The notes beneath the pieces are model-generated. The model had not been told where the DNA came from. It searched no databases and saw only the letters and a program-made list of their open reading frames with translations. From Eledone cirrhosa (taxonomy: Eukaryota), in contig OZ024741.1 in NCBI GenBank assembly GCA_964016885.1, forward strand, positions 321,532,001 to 321,596,000: a DNA stretch of 64,000 nt, written 5' to 3'. Both the position numbers and the translations under genes were made by a program. Numbering within the stretch: position 1 is the stretch's first letter; every line of letters starts with the position of its first letter. Positions 50,190 through 64,000 of the stretch are shown piece by piece.

Positions 50190-53100
50190 TTAGGGTAAGG
50201 TTTACTGTTAATGGTAAGTTCATTGTTAGTGACTGTGTTACTGTAACTGTTACTCTTACAGTTACTGTTTGCGTTACTGTCTGCATCAGCGTTAGCATTT
50301 GCATAAGCGTCTATGTAAGCTTTTGTGTTATTGTCTATGTAGACTGGTGTTAGCATCTGCATTAGTGTTTGCGTAAGTGTCAGCATTTGCGTCAGCGTCT
50401 GCATTGGTGATAGTGATTGTGTCAGCATTTCCCTTAGCGTCTGAGTCAACATTAGTGTTAGCATTAGTGTTTGTTTCACTGGCTGCGTCTACGTCAGCTT
50501 CTGAATCAGCATTATCATTAGCGTCCGTGTCAGCACTTATGTCAGTGTCAGCATTTCCCTCAGTGTCAGCGTTTGCATCAGCGTGCACATCAGCATTTGC
50601 ATTAGTGTTTGAGTCAGTGTTAGCATCAGCGTTTGCATTTGTGTAGAGGTTAGCATTTGCGTCAGCATCTACATCAGCATTCACATAGCATTAGCGTTTG
50701 CGACAACGTTTCTTTTAACGTCTTTGTCAGCATTTCCGTTAGCGTCTGTGTCAGTGTTTCCATTAGCTTCTACGTCAGTGTTTACGTTAGCGTCTGTGTT
50801 TCCGTTAGCTTCTACGTCAGCATTTCCGTTAGCTTCTATGTCAGCATTTTCGTTATCTTCTACGTCAGCGCTCCGACCGCGTCTGTTTCAGCGTCAGTAT
50901 TTACATCTACATCAGCGTCAGCGTTTCAGTTAACGTCAATGTTTACGTTAGCGTCTGTGTCAGCGTTTACGTTAGCTTCTACGTCAGCGTTTCCGTTAGC
51001 ATTTCCATTAACCTTTCCTGTGGCGTCCGCATCATTGCAGCGTCTGCATATCCCATGTAAGCGTTAACTTCAGCATTTGCGTCAGCGTTAGCCTTAGCCC
51101 TAGCGTCCACATCAGCATTTGCGTTAGCGTCAGCATACACGTCAGCGCCGGCAAAACTGCCTCAAAATTTGTGTCAGCGTTAGCTTTGGCTTTGGCTTTA
51201 GCAACCGCATCAGCAATTGCTTTTTGGAGATCAGCTTCGGCGGTAAGGGTAAACGCTAACTTCTACGCCTGCTTCTACGTTAACAACTACGTCAGCGTTT
51301 ACGTTAGCTTCTACATCAGCATCTACGTTAGCTTCTACGTCAGCATCTACGTTAGCTTCTACGTCAGCATCTACGTTAGCTTCTACGTCAGCGTTTCCGT
51401 TAGCATCTATGTCAGTGTTTCCGTTAGCTTCTACGTCAGCGTTTCTGACCGCGTCTGTGTCAGCGTTTACGTTAGCTTCTTCGTCAGCGTTTTCGTAACG
51501 TCTACGTCAGCGTTTTCTGTTAACATTGGCATTTCCATCAACCTTTCCTGTGGCGTCCGCATCATTGGAGCGTCTGCATATCCCATGTAAGCGTTAACTT
51601 CAGCATTTGCGTCAGCCCTAGCGTCCGCATCAGCATTTGCGTTAGCGTCAGCATACACGTCAGCGCCTTGCAAAACTGCCTCAACATTTGCGTCAGCGTT
51701 AGCTTTGGCTTTAGCAATCCGCATCAGCAATTGCGTTTTGGAGATCAGCTTCGGCGGTAAGGGTAAACGCTAACTTCTACGCCTGCTTCTACGTTAACAA
51801 CTACGTCAGCGTTTACGTTAGCTTCTACATCAGCATCTACGTTAGCTTCTACGTCAGCGTTTCTGACCGTGTCTGTATCAGCGTCAGTATTTACATCTAC
51901 ATCAGTGTCAGCGTTTCAGTTAACGTCAGTGTTTACGTTAGCGTCTGTGTCAGCGTTTACGTTAGCTTCTACGTCAGCGTTTTCTGTTAGCATTGGCGTT
52001 TCCATCAACCTTTCCTGTGGCGTCCGCATCATTGCAGCGTCTGCATATCCCATGTAAGCGTTAACTTCAGCATTTGCGTCAGCGTTAGCGTTAGCCTTAG
52101 CCCTAGCGTCCGCATCAGCATTTGCGTTAGCGTCAGCATACACGTCAGCGCCGGCAAAACTGCCTCAAAATTTGCGTCAGCGTCAGCGTTAGCTTTGGCT
52201 TTAGCAATCCGCATCAGCAATTGCGTTTTGGAGATCAGCTTCGGCGGTAAGGGTAAACGCTAACTTCTACGCCTGCTTCTACGTTAACAACTACGTCATC
52301 GTTTTGTTCGCTTCTACGTCTGCGTTTACGTTAGCTTCTACGTCAGCATCTACGTTAGCTTCTACGTCAGCTTCTACGTTAACATCTACGTCATCGTTTA
52401 CGTTAGCTTCTACGTCAGCATCTACATTAGCTTCTACGTCAGCGCTTACATTAGTGTTTGTGTCAGCGTTTGTGTTAGCTTCTACATCAGCGTCTGCATT
52501 TACATCTACGTCAGCGTCAGCGTTTACATTTGCCTCTGTGTCAGCATTTACGTTAGCTTCTACGTCATCGTTTACATTAGCGTCTGTGTCATCGTTTACG
52601 TTAGCGTCTGTGTCAACGTGTATTAGCATCTGTGTCAGCGTTTATGTTACCGTCTGCGTCAGTGTTTATATTAGCATCTGCGTCAGTGTTCACGTTAGCA
52701 TCTGTGTTAAAGTGTGTTAGCGTCTGCGTCAGCATTTTCATTAGTGTTTGCATCAGTGTTTCCTTTAGCTTCTACGTCAATGTTTATGTCTGCGTTAAGG
52801 TTCACATTAGCATCGCTGTCATCGTTTGCGTCAGCATTTGCGTTTGCTTTAACATCTGCATCAACATTTGCGTCTGTGTTTGCATTAGTGTCTGCATTTG
52901 CTTTAGTGTTTGCATCAGCGTGAGCATTTGTGTCAGTGTCCACGTCAGCGTTAGAGTCTGAGTAGCATTTACATCAGCGTGTGCGTCAGAGTCTTTGTCA
53001 GCATTCGCCTTTGCACCTGCATCAGTATTCACGTTAGTGTTTGTGTCAGCGTAAGCGATTGTGTCAACATTTGCGCTAGCGTTTGTGCCAGCATAGCCAT

Positions 53101-54500
53101 CTTCGTTAGTGTCAGCGTTGGCGTTAGTGTTCGTGTTAGTGTTTGATTTTGTATTAGTGTTAGCATTTTTGTTAGTGTTAGTGTTCAGGTTAGTGTTAGT
53201 GTTTGTGTTAGTGTTCAGGTTAATGTTGACTTAGTTTTCTGGTTAGTGTTAGTTTTCAGATTAGGGCTCGTGTTACCTTTAATGTTAGTGCTCAGGTTAG
53301 TGGTTTATGGTAGTGTTAGTTTTAGTGGTAGTGTTAGTGTTCAGGTTAATGTTCGTGTTAATGTCAGTTTTAGTGTTAGTGTTCAGGTGAGTGTTTACGG
53401 TAGTGTTAGTGTTATTTTTTCCATTAGTGTTAGTGTTTCCATTAGTGTTAGTGCTAGTCTTTGTTTTTCTGTTATTGTTAGTGTTTGTTTTAGTGTTGAG
53501 GTTAATGTTAGCTTAGTTTTCTGGTTAGTATCAGTTTTCGTGTTAGTTTTAGTGTTAGTGTTCAGGTTAATGTTAGTGTTTTTTTAGTGTTAGTTTTTAT
53601 GGTAGTGCTAGTGTTTAGGTTAATGTTAGTTTTAGTGTAAGTGTTCAGGTTAGTGTTAGTTTTAGTGTTAAGGTTAGTGTTAGAGATTGTGTTAGTGTTT
53701 GTTTTTGTGTTAATATTTGTGTTAGTATCTCTGTTAGTGTTAGTTTTAGTGTAAGTGTTCAAGTTAATGTTAGTGTTAGTTTTAGTGTTAAGGTTAGTGT
53801 TAGAGATTGTGTTAGTGTTAGTATTTGTTTTTGTGTTAGTATCTCTGTTAGCATTAGTGTTTGATGTTTCCATTAGGGTTAGTGATTGTGTTAGCGTTAG
53901 TCTTTGTTTTTGCGTTAAGGTTAGCGTTAACGTTAGCATTAGTATTTCTGTTAGTGTTAGCATTAGTGTTTATGTTAGTGTTCAGGTTAATGTTAGCTTA
54001 GTTTTCAGGTTAGAGTTAGTGTTCAAGTTAATGTTAGTTTTAGTGTTAGTGTTAGAGATTGTGTTAGAGATTGTGTTAGTGTTTGTTTTTGTGTTAATAT
54101 TTGTGTTAGTATCTCTGTTAGCATTAGTGTTTGTTTTAGTGTTGAAGTTAATGTTAGCTTAGTTTTCTGGTTAGTATCAGTTTTCAGATTAGTGTTACTT
54201 TTAGTGTTAGTGCTCAGGTCAGTGTTAGTGTTTATGGTAGTGTTAGTTTTAGTGCTAGTGTTCTAGCTAATGTTAGTTTTAGTGTAAGTGTTCAGGTTAG
54301 TATTAGTGTTTACGGTAGTGTTAGTTTTAGTGCTGGTGTTCAGGTTAGTGTTAGTGTAAGTTTTAGTGTTAGTGTTCAGGTTAGTGTTTCTGTTAGTTTT
54401 CTATTTAATGTTAGTTTCCAGATTTTGTGTTTGTGTTAGTTTTCATGTTAGCGCTAAGTTCACTGTTAGAGCATGTGTGAGTGCCAGTGTTAGGGTAAGT
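50190..54500. repeat. Degenerate hexamer satellite, copy 2, with ~500-bp higher-order units
   Basis: Paralog of 21640-26240. Block CCTTTCCTGTGGCGTCCGCATC at ~51012, 51542 and 52009. Confidence 0.85.
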
Positions 54501-54862
54501 TATTTTTAAAGTTAGGTTTTAGCTTAAAGTTAGGTTTTCTACTTTCCAGGAAAAAAGTTGATCCTCTCTAACTTGAGTGGTGTGATATAGTGTGGTAAAG
54601 TATAGTGTTTCATAGTCTTGTGTGGTGCTGTCTATTGTTGTATAGTGTAGTATGGTATATTGTTTCATAGCATAGTCTGATGTGAGGTCGTACAGTGTTT
54701 CGTAGTGTGGTGTTGGATAAGGTGGTATGGTATAATGTTTGTCAGTGTGGTGTGGCATGGTATAGGTTGATGTAGTGTGGCTTAGTTTGATTATAATAAT
54801 ACAAATAATAATAACAATAATAATAGTAATAATAATTGTTCTTCTTGTTCATTTTCTTTGTC

Positions 54863-55105
54863 TTCTTCTGTGCCTTTGTTTTCTTCTGTGCCTTTGTTTT
54901 CTTCTGTGCCTTTGACTTCTTCTGTGCCTTTGACTTCTTCTGTGCCTTTGACTTCTGTGCTTTTGACTTCTTCTGTGCCTTTGACTTCTGTGCGTTTTAC
55001 TTCTTCTGTGCCTTTGACTTCTTCTGTGCTTTTGACTTCTTCTGTACCTTTGACTTCTTCTGTGCCTTTGACTGCTTCTGTGCCTTTGACTTCTTCTGTG
55101 CCTTT
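54863..55105. repeat. 18-bp minisatellite, expanded
   Basis: About 13 units of TTCTTCTGTGCCTTTGAC. Confidence 0.88.
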
Positions 55106-55556
55106 ATCTTCTCCTCCGCCATCTAAATACCAAAAACAAAGAATGTAAAACATATATGTTGCCTATCTCTCAGACTTTACAAAGTGCTGAGGAGATAAAG
55201 TTAATTTAAAGAACAGTGTGCTCATGCACTGTGATCCTATAATGTAGCTTATAAGCTATTTTATAACTAAAAAACAATGTCAAACATCAACAAAAGTATA
55301 TACAAATATCTTTGAATGTTTAAGTTAAACCTAAATAGATCGTATCTACAGGTCATTAGGTTAAGACTGAACTAAGATCATATCTATAAATCATTAGGTT
55401 TAGACTGAACTGAGATCATACTTTCTTTTCTTTTCGTCATCTTCGTTTCCCGTGTCTTCTTTGTCTTTGTTGTCATTTTCATTTTAGTCGTCTGCTTCGT
55501 CGTCTTTTTCTTCTTTTCCATCTAAATATTAAAAAAAATTGTAAACAAATATATAG

Positions 55557-56591
55557 ATTTCTATTTATTGCCACTAGGACGCAAACGAAGGGGACAAATA
55601 CAAGGGGGGAGTTTACACAAAAAGGCGAGTAAAGAAAACAAATAACAAATATAAAATTAACAATAAAGTCCTCAATAGGGAAGAGGCGTTTGGGGGGTCG
55701 CACACACCCCCGAAAAAAGTGTGCAACCCCTTCTCCTCAGGAGCACAGAGAGAGGGTGCTCCCTCGTTCCTTCCCCTTTTCCATCTACAGGCTGATGTAA
55801 AGAGAAGGCCCATTCACACGGGCCATTCTCGCCACTTTCACCCACCTTTCATAAAAACGACTGGGGTTGAGTATCTCTCTCCATCCTGATCCTTCTTCCG
55901 AAATGATATCGGAAGAAACGGATCAGTTGTTGGCCAGAGAGAAAGGTGCCTGACCTGAGTCCTTTCAGAAGCGTCCACCATACAACCTCTTTCACCATGG
56001 CTATTACGCACAGAAACACCGCCTCTCCTTCATTTTTGAAGGGTGGAGGCGGCTTAATCGTTACAATGGCCTCGGTTGTCAACCGGATCGGTCCCACCCG
56101 TGATAGCAGTCGTTCGACATAGCCCCACAGATCGGCTACGCCCGAGCAGTGTACCAATGCGTGTGCAACGGTTTCCTCGTCTCACACGCATCTGGGACAG
56201 ATCTTTTTGGCGGGGTCTCTACCCGGGCGTCCGTGTCTGTAGAGTTTTTCTCGAACGGGTAGAGCCCCTCGGTAGCACTGCCAGGCCAGGGACTTCTGGA
56301 AGTTGTCCATAGGTCCCGGGCGGAATGTCCTACCGAAAAGGCTGGCCAGTTCGTCTTCCTCCATGTTAGGGCTTCTCCGAGGACGTCGTCGCACCTGCTG
56401 CGTACCAGCCCTCTATAGAATGTCGCGGTGGAGTCTCCACTGATAACCGGGTCCACCTGCCAGAGGGCCGTGAGCGCCTGGGCACATTCAGTGTGCCAGG
56501 CGCCCAGTTTTCTCGGTCTTTGCTTGACCAGGATTGCAGCTCGGTGAGTGAGACGAGTCTGGGAAAGGTTCGTCTCACAAACGGGGCCCAC
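55557..56591 (-). mobile_element. L1/Tx1-like LINE 3' fragment with 12-bp TSD
   Basis: zf-RVT-like LAWQCYRGALPVREKL...CPRC...HC. TSD ACAAATATATAG at 55545-55556 and 56592-56603. Empty site at ~27134. Confidence 0.85.
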
Positions 56592-56663
56592 ACAAATATA
56601 TAGCTGATCTCTCAGACTTTCACGAAACACCGAGGTTAAACAGTTAATATAACGAGTGGGGAG

Positions 56664-56711
<48 letters not shown>

Positions 56712-59178
56712 AACCAGTAAGACCCCCTGGTCTTACTGGTTCCTATTACCCACTCTACTACCTCAAGTATTGAGTACTTTGGTGCGTTATGGTCCACCTG
56801 GTTCCTTACCACATTTCCTTCGTTATATATATATATATATATATATATGGTATAGCATGGTGTTATGTGGTCTGGTGTGGTACAACAAGGTGTGATGTGG
56901 TGTGGTATGATATGGTGAGGCGAGGGAGGGGGGGGGGGGGCAACGTTAGATTAATGTTATCAATACACACGTAGCATCCACATGTGATGAGAAGAGGGAA
57001 ACAGTGTTTAACTAATTTTAACATTACATGTAGAATCCATCTACAGGTGATTAAGTTAAGACTGAGGTGTAATCATATGAAAAGGTCAATTTAAAACTAC
57101 ACTGAGATTCTGCTTAAAATGATGGTCAAACCCTTTGAAATAACTTTCTTTCTCTTACTGTAACTGGACATACCTACGAAATAGAAAACAGTCGAATAGA
57201 CAGTGGTGTGGTGTGGTGTAGTGTAGTGTAGTGTGGTTTAGTGTAGTGGACAGTGGTGTGGTGTAGTGGAGTGTGGTTTAGTGTAGTGGACAGTGGTGTG
57301 GTGGAGTGGAGTGTGGTTCAATGTAGGGTGGGGGATATGGTGTAGTGGAGTGTGGTGGGATGTAATATGGTGTGATGGCATGCGATGTGATGTGGCGTGG
57401 TGAAATGTGATGTGATGAAATGTGGCGTGGCGTGGTGAAATGTAATGTGATGTGATGAAATGTGGCGTGGCGTGGTGAAATGAGGCGAGACGAGACGTGA
57501 TGTGATATGGTGTGATGTGATGTGGTGAGATATGGTGTAATGTGGTGTGGTGTGATGTGATGTGATGTGAAATTTTTTCATCCTATTTTTCATGTGCTAT
57601 CAACTAATCCAATCTCCAAGATGCTTGAAACTGACTCCCCCCCCCCAGGAAAACGGCGGGGTGAGGTGGTTCCCCCTTCACCCGGATAACCCCTGCTTAC
57701 TCGGAATTTTCTCTTTGGTTCTATTTTCATGCGTTATCAGTGAATATGACTTCCAAACCAGTCAAAAACAACTAGCTTTGGAGAAAGAGGAGGGAGAGGG
57801 GAAGAGTTTTGCAGATCTACACCCCACTCACATGTTGTGGGACTTAATCATTTTCGGTATATTTCCTGTGCTATTAATTTCCTGTGCTATATCCTATGCT
57901 ATTTCCTGTGCTATTTCCTGTGCTATTAATTAATCTGACCTCCTAGATGCTTCCAACCAACTTATTTCCCTGGGTTAGGTTTAGGGTTGGGGTAATGTTT
58001 AGGGTTTAATTTTAGGGTTGGGGTAATGTTTAGGGTCTAGTTTTAGGGTTGGGGTAAAGTTTAGGGTTTAGTTTTAGGTTTGGGGTAAAGTTTAGGGTTT
58101 AGTTTTAGGTTTGGGGTAAAGTTTAGGGTTTAGTTTTAGGTTTGGGGTAATGTTTAGGGTCTAGTTTTAGGGTTGGGGTAATGTTTAGGGTTTTGTTTTA
58201 TGGTTGGGGTATAGTTTAGGGTTTAGTTTAAGGGTTGGGGTAATGTTTATATTTAGATTTAGCTTGGTTTGGTTTAGATTTAGAGTTTAGGGTTGGGGCT
58301 AGATTTAATTTTATGTTTAATTTATTTTTAGTTTCCACATCCCAGGAAAAAAATTGATTCAGAGCAACTAAAAGGTCAGATTAGTTGATAGCACTCAAAA
58401 GGAGACCGAAGAAAAATCATTAGGGTATATATCTACAAAACGAAAATGGTTTTTCCACCTGCTTTCCTAGAACAACTAATGATTTCCAACTGGTTTGGAG
58501 GTCATATTCGTTGATAACATACGAAAAATCTTAGAGAAAACTCTGGGGTTAAATGAGAGAAGTGCATCCACCTAAGTTTTCCATGAAGAGAGAGTCAATA
58601 ACAAACATCTTGGAGTTCGGATTAGTTGATAACACATGAAAAAAAGATGAGGAAAAAATGTTGGGTGTTATGTGGTGTGGCGTAGTGTGGTGTGTTTTTA
58701 TGTGGTGTTATGTAGTGAGGTGTGTTTTTATGTGGTGTGGTGTAGTGAGGTGTGGTGTGTTGTGTTGTGGTGTGGAGTAGTGTGGTGTGTTTTTATGTGG
58801 AGTAGTGTGGTGTGTTGTAGTGAGGAGTGTTGTGTTGTGCTGTAGTGAGGAGTGGTGTGTTGTGTTGTGGTGTTATGTGGTGTGGAGAAGTGTGGTGTAG
58901 TGTTGTATGTTTTTATGTGGTGTGGTGAAGTGTGGTGTGGTGCGGTGTGGTGCAGTGCGGTGTGGTGTAGTGTGGTGTTGTGCAGTGAGGTTCTTCATCT
59001 TTATCTTTCTCTTCTTCATCTTTGTATTCATCTTCTTTGTTTTGTCTTCCATCTAAACAAAAAAATATATAAAACATATATGTAGCCAATCTCTCAGACT
59101 TTTACAAAGCTCCAGGGAGATAAATTTAATATAAGTGGTGTGTTCCTGAACAGAGATACTACAAAATAGCTTAAAAGC

Positions 59179-59216
<38 letters not shown>

Positions 59217-59339
59217 AATAAATATACACGGGTGTGTATGATTGTGTATAGAAGATTATATTAATAAAAGGAATTCCAACTTTGTCTGATTTATTCGTTT
59301 TATTTACAATCCTTTAAAATTATAATGGTATTAGAATGA

Positions 59340-60415
59340 AATAGCATGGTAGAATATTAAGTGTTAATTGAACAAGTGATTTCATGCTTTCGCAATCTTC
59401 AGGTTCATATTCTGTGGTGACAGTCAAGTTTACAATTTTCAACTGTAATGAGATGGGTAAATTTTGTGCCTTATATACAGTGAAAAGCGGCTACAGAATG
59501 CTAAATTTTGCAAACTGTATTTCGACCAATCGGTGTGTAGTTTCACTGGATTACTGAAGCTGATTGGTTTAGGCATCACGGTTGGTTGGGCATGTCTAAC
59601 GACTTCTATTTGGCCCTATTCAAAGCATCAATTGTTTTGCAATTTTTAGAAATGATGAAAATAGCATTTTCTAGGGTTTTTATACCCCTAAGAATTATTA
59701 TTGTTCATTTAGCTTGGGTTGGAATTTTGAAAAATATTCCCAAATGCAAATATGAACTGCAAAAGCAGAAATCTAATTTACTGCATTAAATGCCCGAATT
59801 GTGAAGAACTATATGTCGGTCAAACTGGAAATGCACTATCGGAACGTGCACGGGTGCACCGACAGCAAATCAGAGACCCAAATGTCCGTCGGATACCCCT
59901 GAGTAACCATCTAGCAACATGTGGTCAGAAAATATTTATAATATTTCCATTCTACAAATTACACAGGCCAAGTGAAATCAAGAGAAAAATCAAAGAAAAG
60001 AATTGTATTCATAAATTCCAACCCAAGCTAAATAAACAATAATAATTCTTAGGAGTATAAAAACCCTAGAAAATGCTATTTATATCATTTCTAAAAATAG
60101 CAAAACAATTGATGCTTTGGATAGAGCCAAATAGAAGTCGTTAGACATGCTCAACCAACTATGACGCCTAAACCAATCAGCTTCAGTAATCCAGTGAAAC
60201 TACACACCAACTGGTCGAAATACAGTTTTCAAAATTTAGCATTCTGTAGCCGCTTTTCACTGTATATAAGGCACAAAATTTACCCATCTCATTACAGTTG
60301 AAAATTGCAAACTTGACTGTCACCACAGAATATGAACCTGAAGATTGCGAAAGCATGAAAGTACTTGTTCAATTAATATTTAACACTTAATATTCTACTA
60401 TACTATTCAGATTAC
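59340..60415 (+). mobile_element. Penelope-like 3' fragment: GIY-YIG ORF between inverted pseudo-LTRs
   Basis: ORF 59752-60042 (NLIYCIKCPNC..YVGQTGNALSERARVH). Arms ~59340-59714 and ~60026-60407 are reverse complements. Confidence 0.88.
60333..60371 (+). ncRNA. Minimal type I hammerhead ribozyme-like motif
   Basis: UGAAC-CUGAAGA-UUGC(GAAA)GCAU-GAAA-GUAC-UU-GUUCA, with palindromic stem III (AAGUACUU). Confidence 0.65.
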
Positions 60416-60789
60416 ATCAATAAAATTCAGATTACATCTATATATATACACATACACATATATATATATACATACATTCATATATACACTTCTACGAAAT
60501 GTAATGTAAAAATACCATTTTCTTCTTGTCTCCCCACCCTTCGGTTCATTCATCCATATATCTGTATAATCGCCCAGAATCCAATCCTACTTTCTCAATG
60601 CTATTCTATAATTCTGTCTGGCTGTTCTAAATAATCTTGTGTATTTTAAAATCCCAGTATATCGCTTGTTACTGTTATATGCTTTATTTAAAACCTTCTT
60701 CTCGCTCGCTAACTACCCAATACCCCTCCCTCCCGCCCCCACTCTCCACCATTATTATTTGGACCAATCATAAGTCAGCGGCCTATGCT

Positions 60790-63700
60790 ATCACTTCTGG
60801 TTGCTTTTCGATATGATGGATGGACTAAGGCATTCTGGAGAGTCTGAAGAATCTGGACACTCAGAGACAATGCCAAATATAACGAGAAATTCACCTCATG
60901 CTGCCGGACGAAAGGGCAAGGACTCCTCCTCTTTGTTTCGGCCGCGGATGGCCAACATAACCCCAACCCCATCCCCCTCACCCATCCCCGCTCCCCACCC
61001 ACCAAACGCAATCCAAAACTTCAGAGTTTGTACCATGAATGTAGGCACCTTAAAAGGTCGCTCTAACGAGGTTGTAGAAATGCTTGAACGTAAGGAGGTT
61101 GATGTTTGCTGTATCCAAGAGACCAGGTGGAGAGGCGGGTCTGCTAGATTCATTGTGGGTAAAAAACGATGCTATAAGCTTTTCTGGGTGGGAAATGACA
61201 ATTGGCTGGGTGGGGTATGAATCATGTTAGCAGAAAAATAGACGTAAATAGAGTGAACGATAGAATAATTAAAATAAGACTTGTTCTAAATAGAACTACT
61301 GTGTAAGTAATATCTGCGTACGCACCTCAATCCGGACTGCCTGGCGCTATAAAAGACAGATTCTATGAGACACTGATGCTCACTACCTCCCAAATAACCG
61401 ACAGTGACTATTTAATTATTTCTGGTGACCTAAATGGTCACGTTGGACAACATTGTGACGGCTATGACGGAATCCATGGAGGCTATGGGTTTGGTACTAG
61501 AAATGAGGAAGGCTCCAGAATCCTGGAATTCTGTGATGCAAATAACCTAACTATCTGTAACACTAACTTCAAAAAGCGAGACAATCACTTGATCACCTAC
61601 AGATCAGGGGGAACATAACAGCCAGGTAGATTATATCCTTACCAGAAGACGTGACAGAGTGTCTGTTGTAAAGACTAAATCCCTCCCCCATGAAGAATGC
61701 AGCTCTCAACATAGACTCATAATTAGCGACCTCATAGTCAGGACGAGACGTTCTCGACAACAGAAGAGGATTATCCTCAGGAGAAAAATATGGAAGCTAA
61801 AGGACCCCACAGCCAGTAATAAATTTAAAAGCATATTACTTGATGCTTTCGACAGTAAGGAAGAGCAATTAGAGTCGTACAATATAGAGGAACAGTGGGA
61901 ATTCCTGAAAGCAAACCTGCTGATGGCGACAGATGAAGTCTGCGGCTGGAGCAGGTCTATAGGCAGGAGGAGAGTAGCGTGGTGGTGGAACAGTAAGGTG
62001 GAGGAGTCAATTAAGGCCAAAAAGCAGGCTTGGAAAGTATGGCGGGATGGGGGGAAGTAGAGAAGACTATCAAGTGGCCAGGAGGGAAGCTAGGAGACAA
62101 GTGTACTTCGCAAGAAGGGAAGCAGAGGAAAGAAAGTTCAAGCATGTTCTACAACGCGAGGACCAAAAACGTGAGGTGTTCAGGATTGCTAGGCAATGTG
62201 TCAAGGAAAACCGTGATATTGTCGGGGAGAAGTGTGTCCTTAATGATGATGGTGTACTTGCCATCACTGACGCTGATAAGAAGGTAGCTTGGAAGTGTCA
62301 CTACGAGAGGCTACTAAATGAGGAGAATAAATGGGAGAAAGACAGTCCCCCCCACATCGATCCAATAGAGGGACCAGCAGTGCTAGTTGAAGGTAGTATA
62401 ATAAGTAAGGCAATCAAAGATATGAAGACAGGTAAGGCGGCTGGGCCTTCGGAAATAGTTGCTGAAATGCTGAAAGCATCTGGAACAGTGGGACACACTA
62501 TGGTCACCCGGATAGTAAACCAAGTCATACAGAATGGGGTTGTTCCAAAGGACTGGTGTAGCAGCATCATCATTAACTGCTACAAGGGTAAAGGAGATGC
62601 CCTAGATATGGGTAACTATAGAGGCATTAAATTAATCGACCAGGTCATGAAGGTCACAGAAAAAGTAATAGCGCAACTAATCAGAGAGCGAATTGATCTA
62701 GATGAAATGCAGTTTGGGTTTGTGTCAGGCAAAAGTACCACAGACGCTCTTTTCATTGTACGACAACTACAGGAGAAGTACCTAGCTAAAAGTAAACCCC
62801 TAAACTTAGCTTTTGTCGACTTGGAGAAAGCCTTTGACAGAGTCCCCCGTTCCATTATCTGGTGGGCTCTTAGAAAACTAGGTGTTGATGAATGGCTTGT
62901 GAGAGCTATACAAGCCATGTATAAAGAAACAGTCAGCAAGGTTAGAATTAACAATGAATATAGTGAAGAGTTTAGCGTAAAAGTTGGTGTTCATCAGGGC
63001 TCCGTTCTTAGCCCCCTCCTATTTATTATTGCCCTTCAGGCTATAATAGTGGAGTTCAAGACCAGCTGCCCATGGGAACTCCTATACGCAAATGATCTAA
63101 CGCTCATAGCTGAATCAATGGCTGAACTAGAGAAGAAATTCCAAACATGGAAGCATGGCCTAGAATCAAAAGGCCTTAAAATTAACCTGTCTAAGACTAA
63201 AGTTCTAGTTTGTAGGAAGGAAAATAGGGCACCGGTCCGATCCGGGAAATGGCCATGCTCAGTGTGTAGGAAAGGTGTAGGCAGAAACTCCATTTTATGT
63301 CCCAAATGCAAAGTATGGGTGCATAAAAGATGTAGTGGGATCACAGGTAAGCTAACTAAGAATATAGATTTTATATGTGGCAGGTGCTCTGGTGCAATAA
63401 GTAGCAGCAAGTGCCCACAGAATACTAGCTCCTTCCATTGCACAGATGGTTCTATAGAAATAGTGGACAGCTTCCGTTACTTGGGTGACAAAATCAGCAA
63501 TGGTGGAGGGTGCTCTGAAAGTACAGTAGCTAGAGTCAGAACTGGATGGAAAAAGTTCAGAGAGCTTATACCACTATTAGCCGCTAAAGGGTTCTCTCTA
63601 AAAATGAAAGGCAGGCTGTATGATGCCTGCATACGAACAGCAATGTTACATGGCAGTGAGACCTGGGCATTGTGTGCAGAGGATATACACAGACTGGAGA

Positions 63701-64000
63701 GGAACGAAGCTTGCATGCTCCGCTGGATGTGTAATAGTAATATACGTGAACGGCAAAGTATAAACGAACTAAGGGAAAAATTAGAAATAAGAGGGATCAG
63801 ATGCTGTTTACTCGAGAGAAGACTACGTTGGTACGGTCACGTGATGCGCATGAAAGGCGACAGCTGTATAAAAAAGTGCAGGGCGATAAAAATAGACGGT
63901 AGCCACAGAGTAGGCAGACCCAGAAAAACCTGGGACGACTTGATAAATTCCGACCTCACACACTTACACCTCTCCAAGACAATGTCACTGGACCGAGATC
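60790..64000 (+). mobile_element. RTE-clade LINE, near full length, decayed, running off the window
   Basis: APE motifs TMNVGTL, CCIQETRW and SGDLNGHVG. RT motifs FVDLEKAFD and GVHQGSVLSPLLF. Stops and frameshifts in the 5' half. Catalytic motif reads YAND (~63086-63097). Confidence 0.92.

Larger units (their letters stand above)
41425..60415 (+). repeat. Segmental duplication, copy 2 (with copy-specific insertions)
   Basis: Colinear with 16620-30185. Confidence 0.88.

Noticed and set aside
54791-55153. (EEVKGT)n ORF
   Set aside because: It is an 18-bp minisatellite with no gene context, and unit number differs between paralogs.

Overview
This is repeat-rich, AT-rich animal genomic DNA. The SINE, RTE and Penelope families suggest an octopod cephalopod (inference). 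The only intact host genes are five replication-dependent histone genes, each intronless with a 3' stem-loop: a divergent H2A/H2B pair (9.5-10.5 kb), an orphan H2A (36.9 kb) and a divergent H4/H3 pair (38.7-39.7 kb). The rest is decayed mobile DNA (RTE, CR1/L2, L1/Tx1, Penelope-like elements with minimal hammerheads, tRNA-derived SINEs, Helitron-like elements, mariner pieces, MITEs), complex satellites, and a local segmental duplication (~16.6-30.2 kb vs ~41.4-60.4 kb). The most unusual signal is a Merlin/IS1595-like DNA transposon family. It has four pieces in the window, three within ~0.4 kb of a histone 3' end. Its subterminal inverted repeats contain a ~60-nt copy of the local histone H4 3' end (stem-loop plus downstream flank). 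One copy lies in sense orientation ~100 nt after the transposase stop codon, suggesting a transposon that mimics histone mRNA or is tied to histone loci. Repeat coordinates were read by eye and are approximate.
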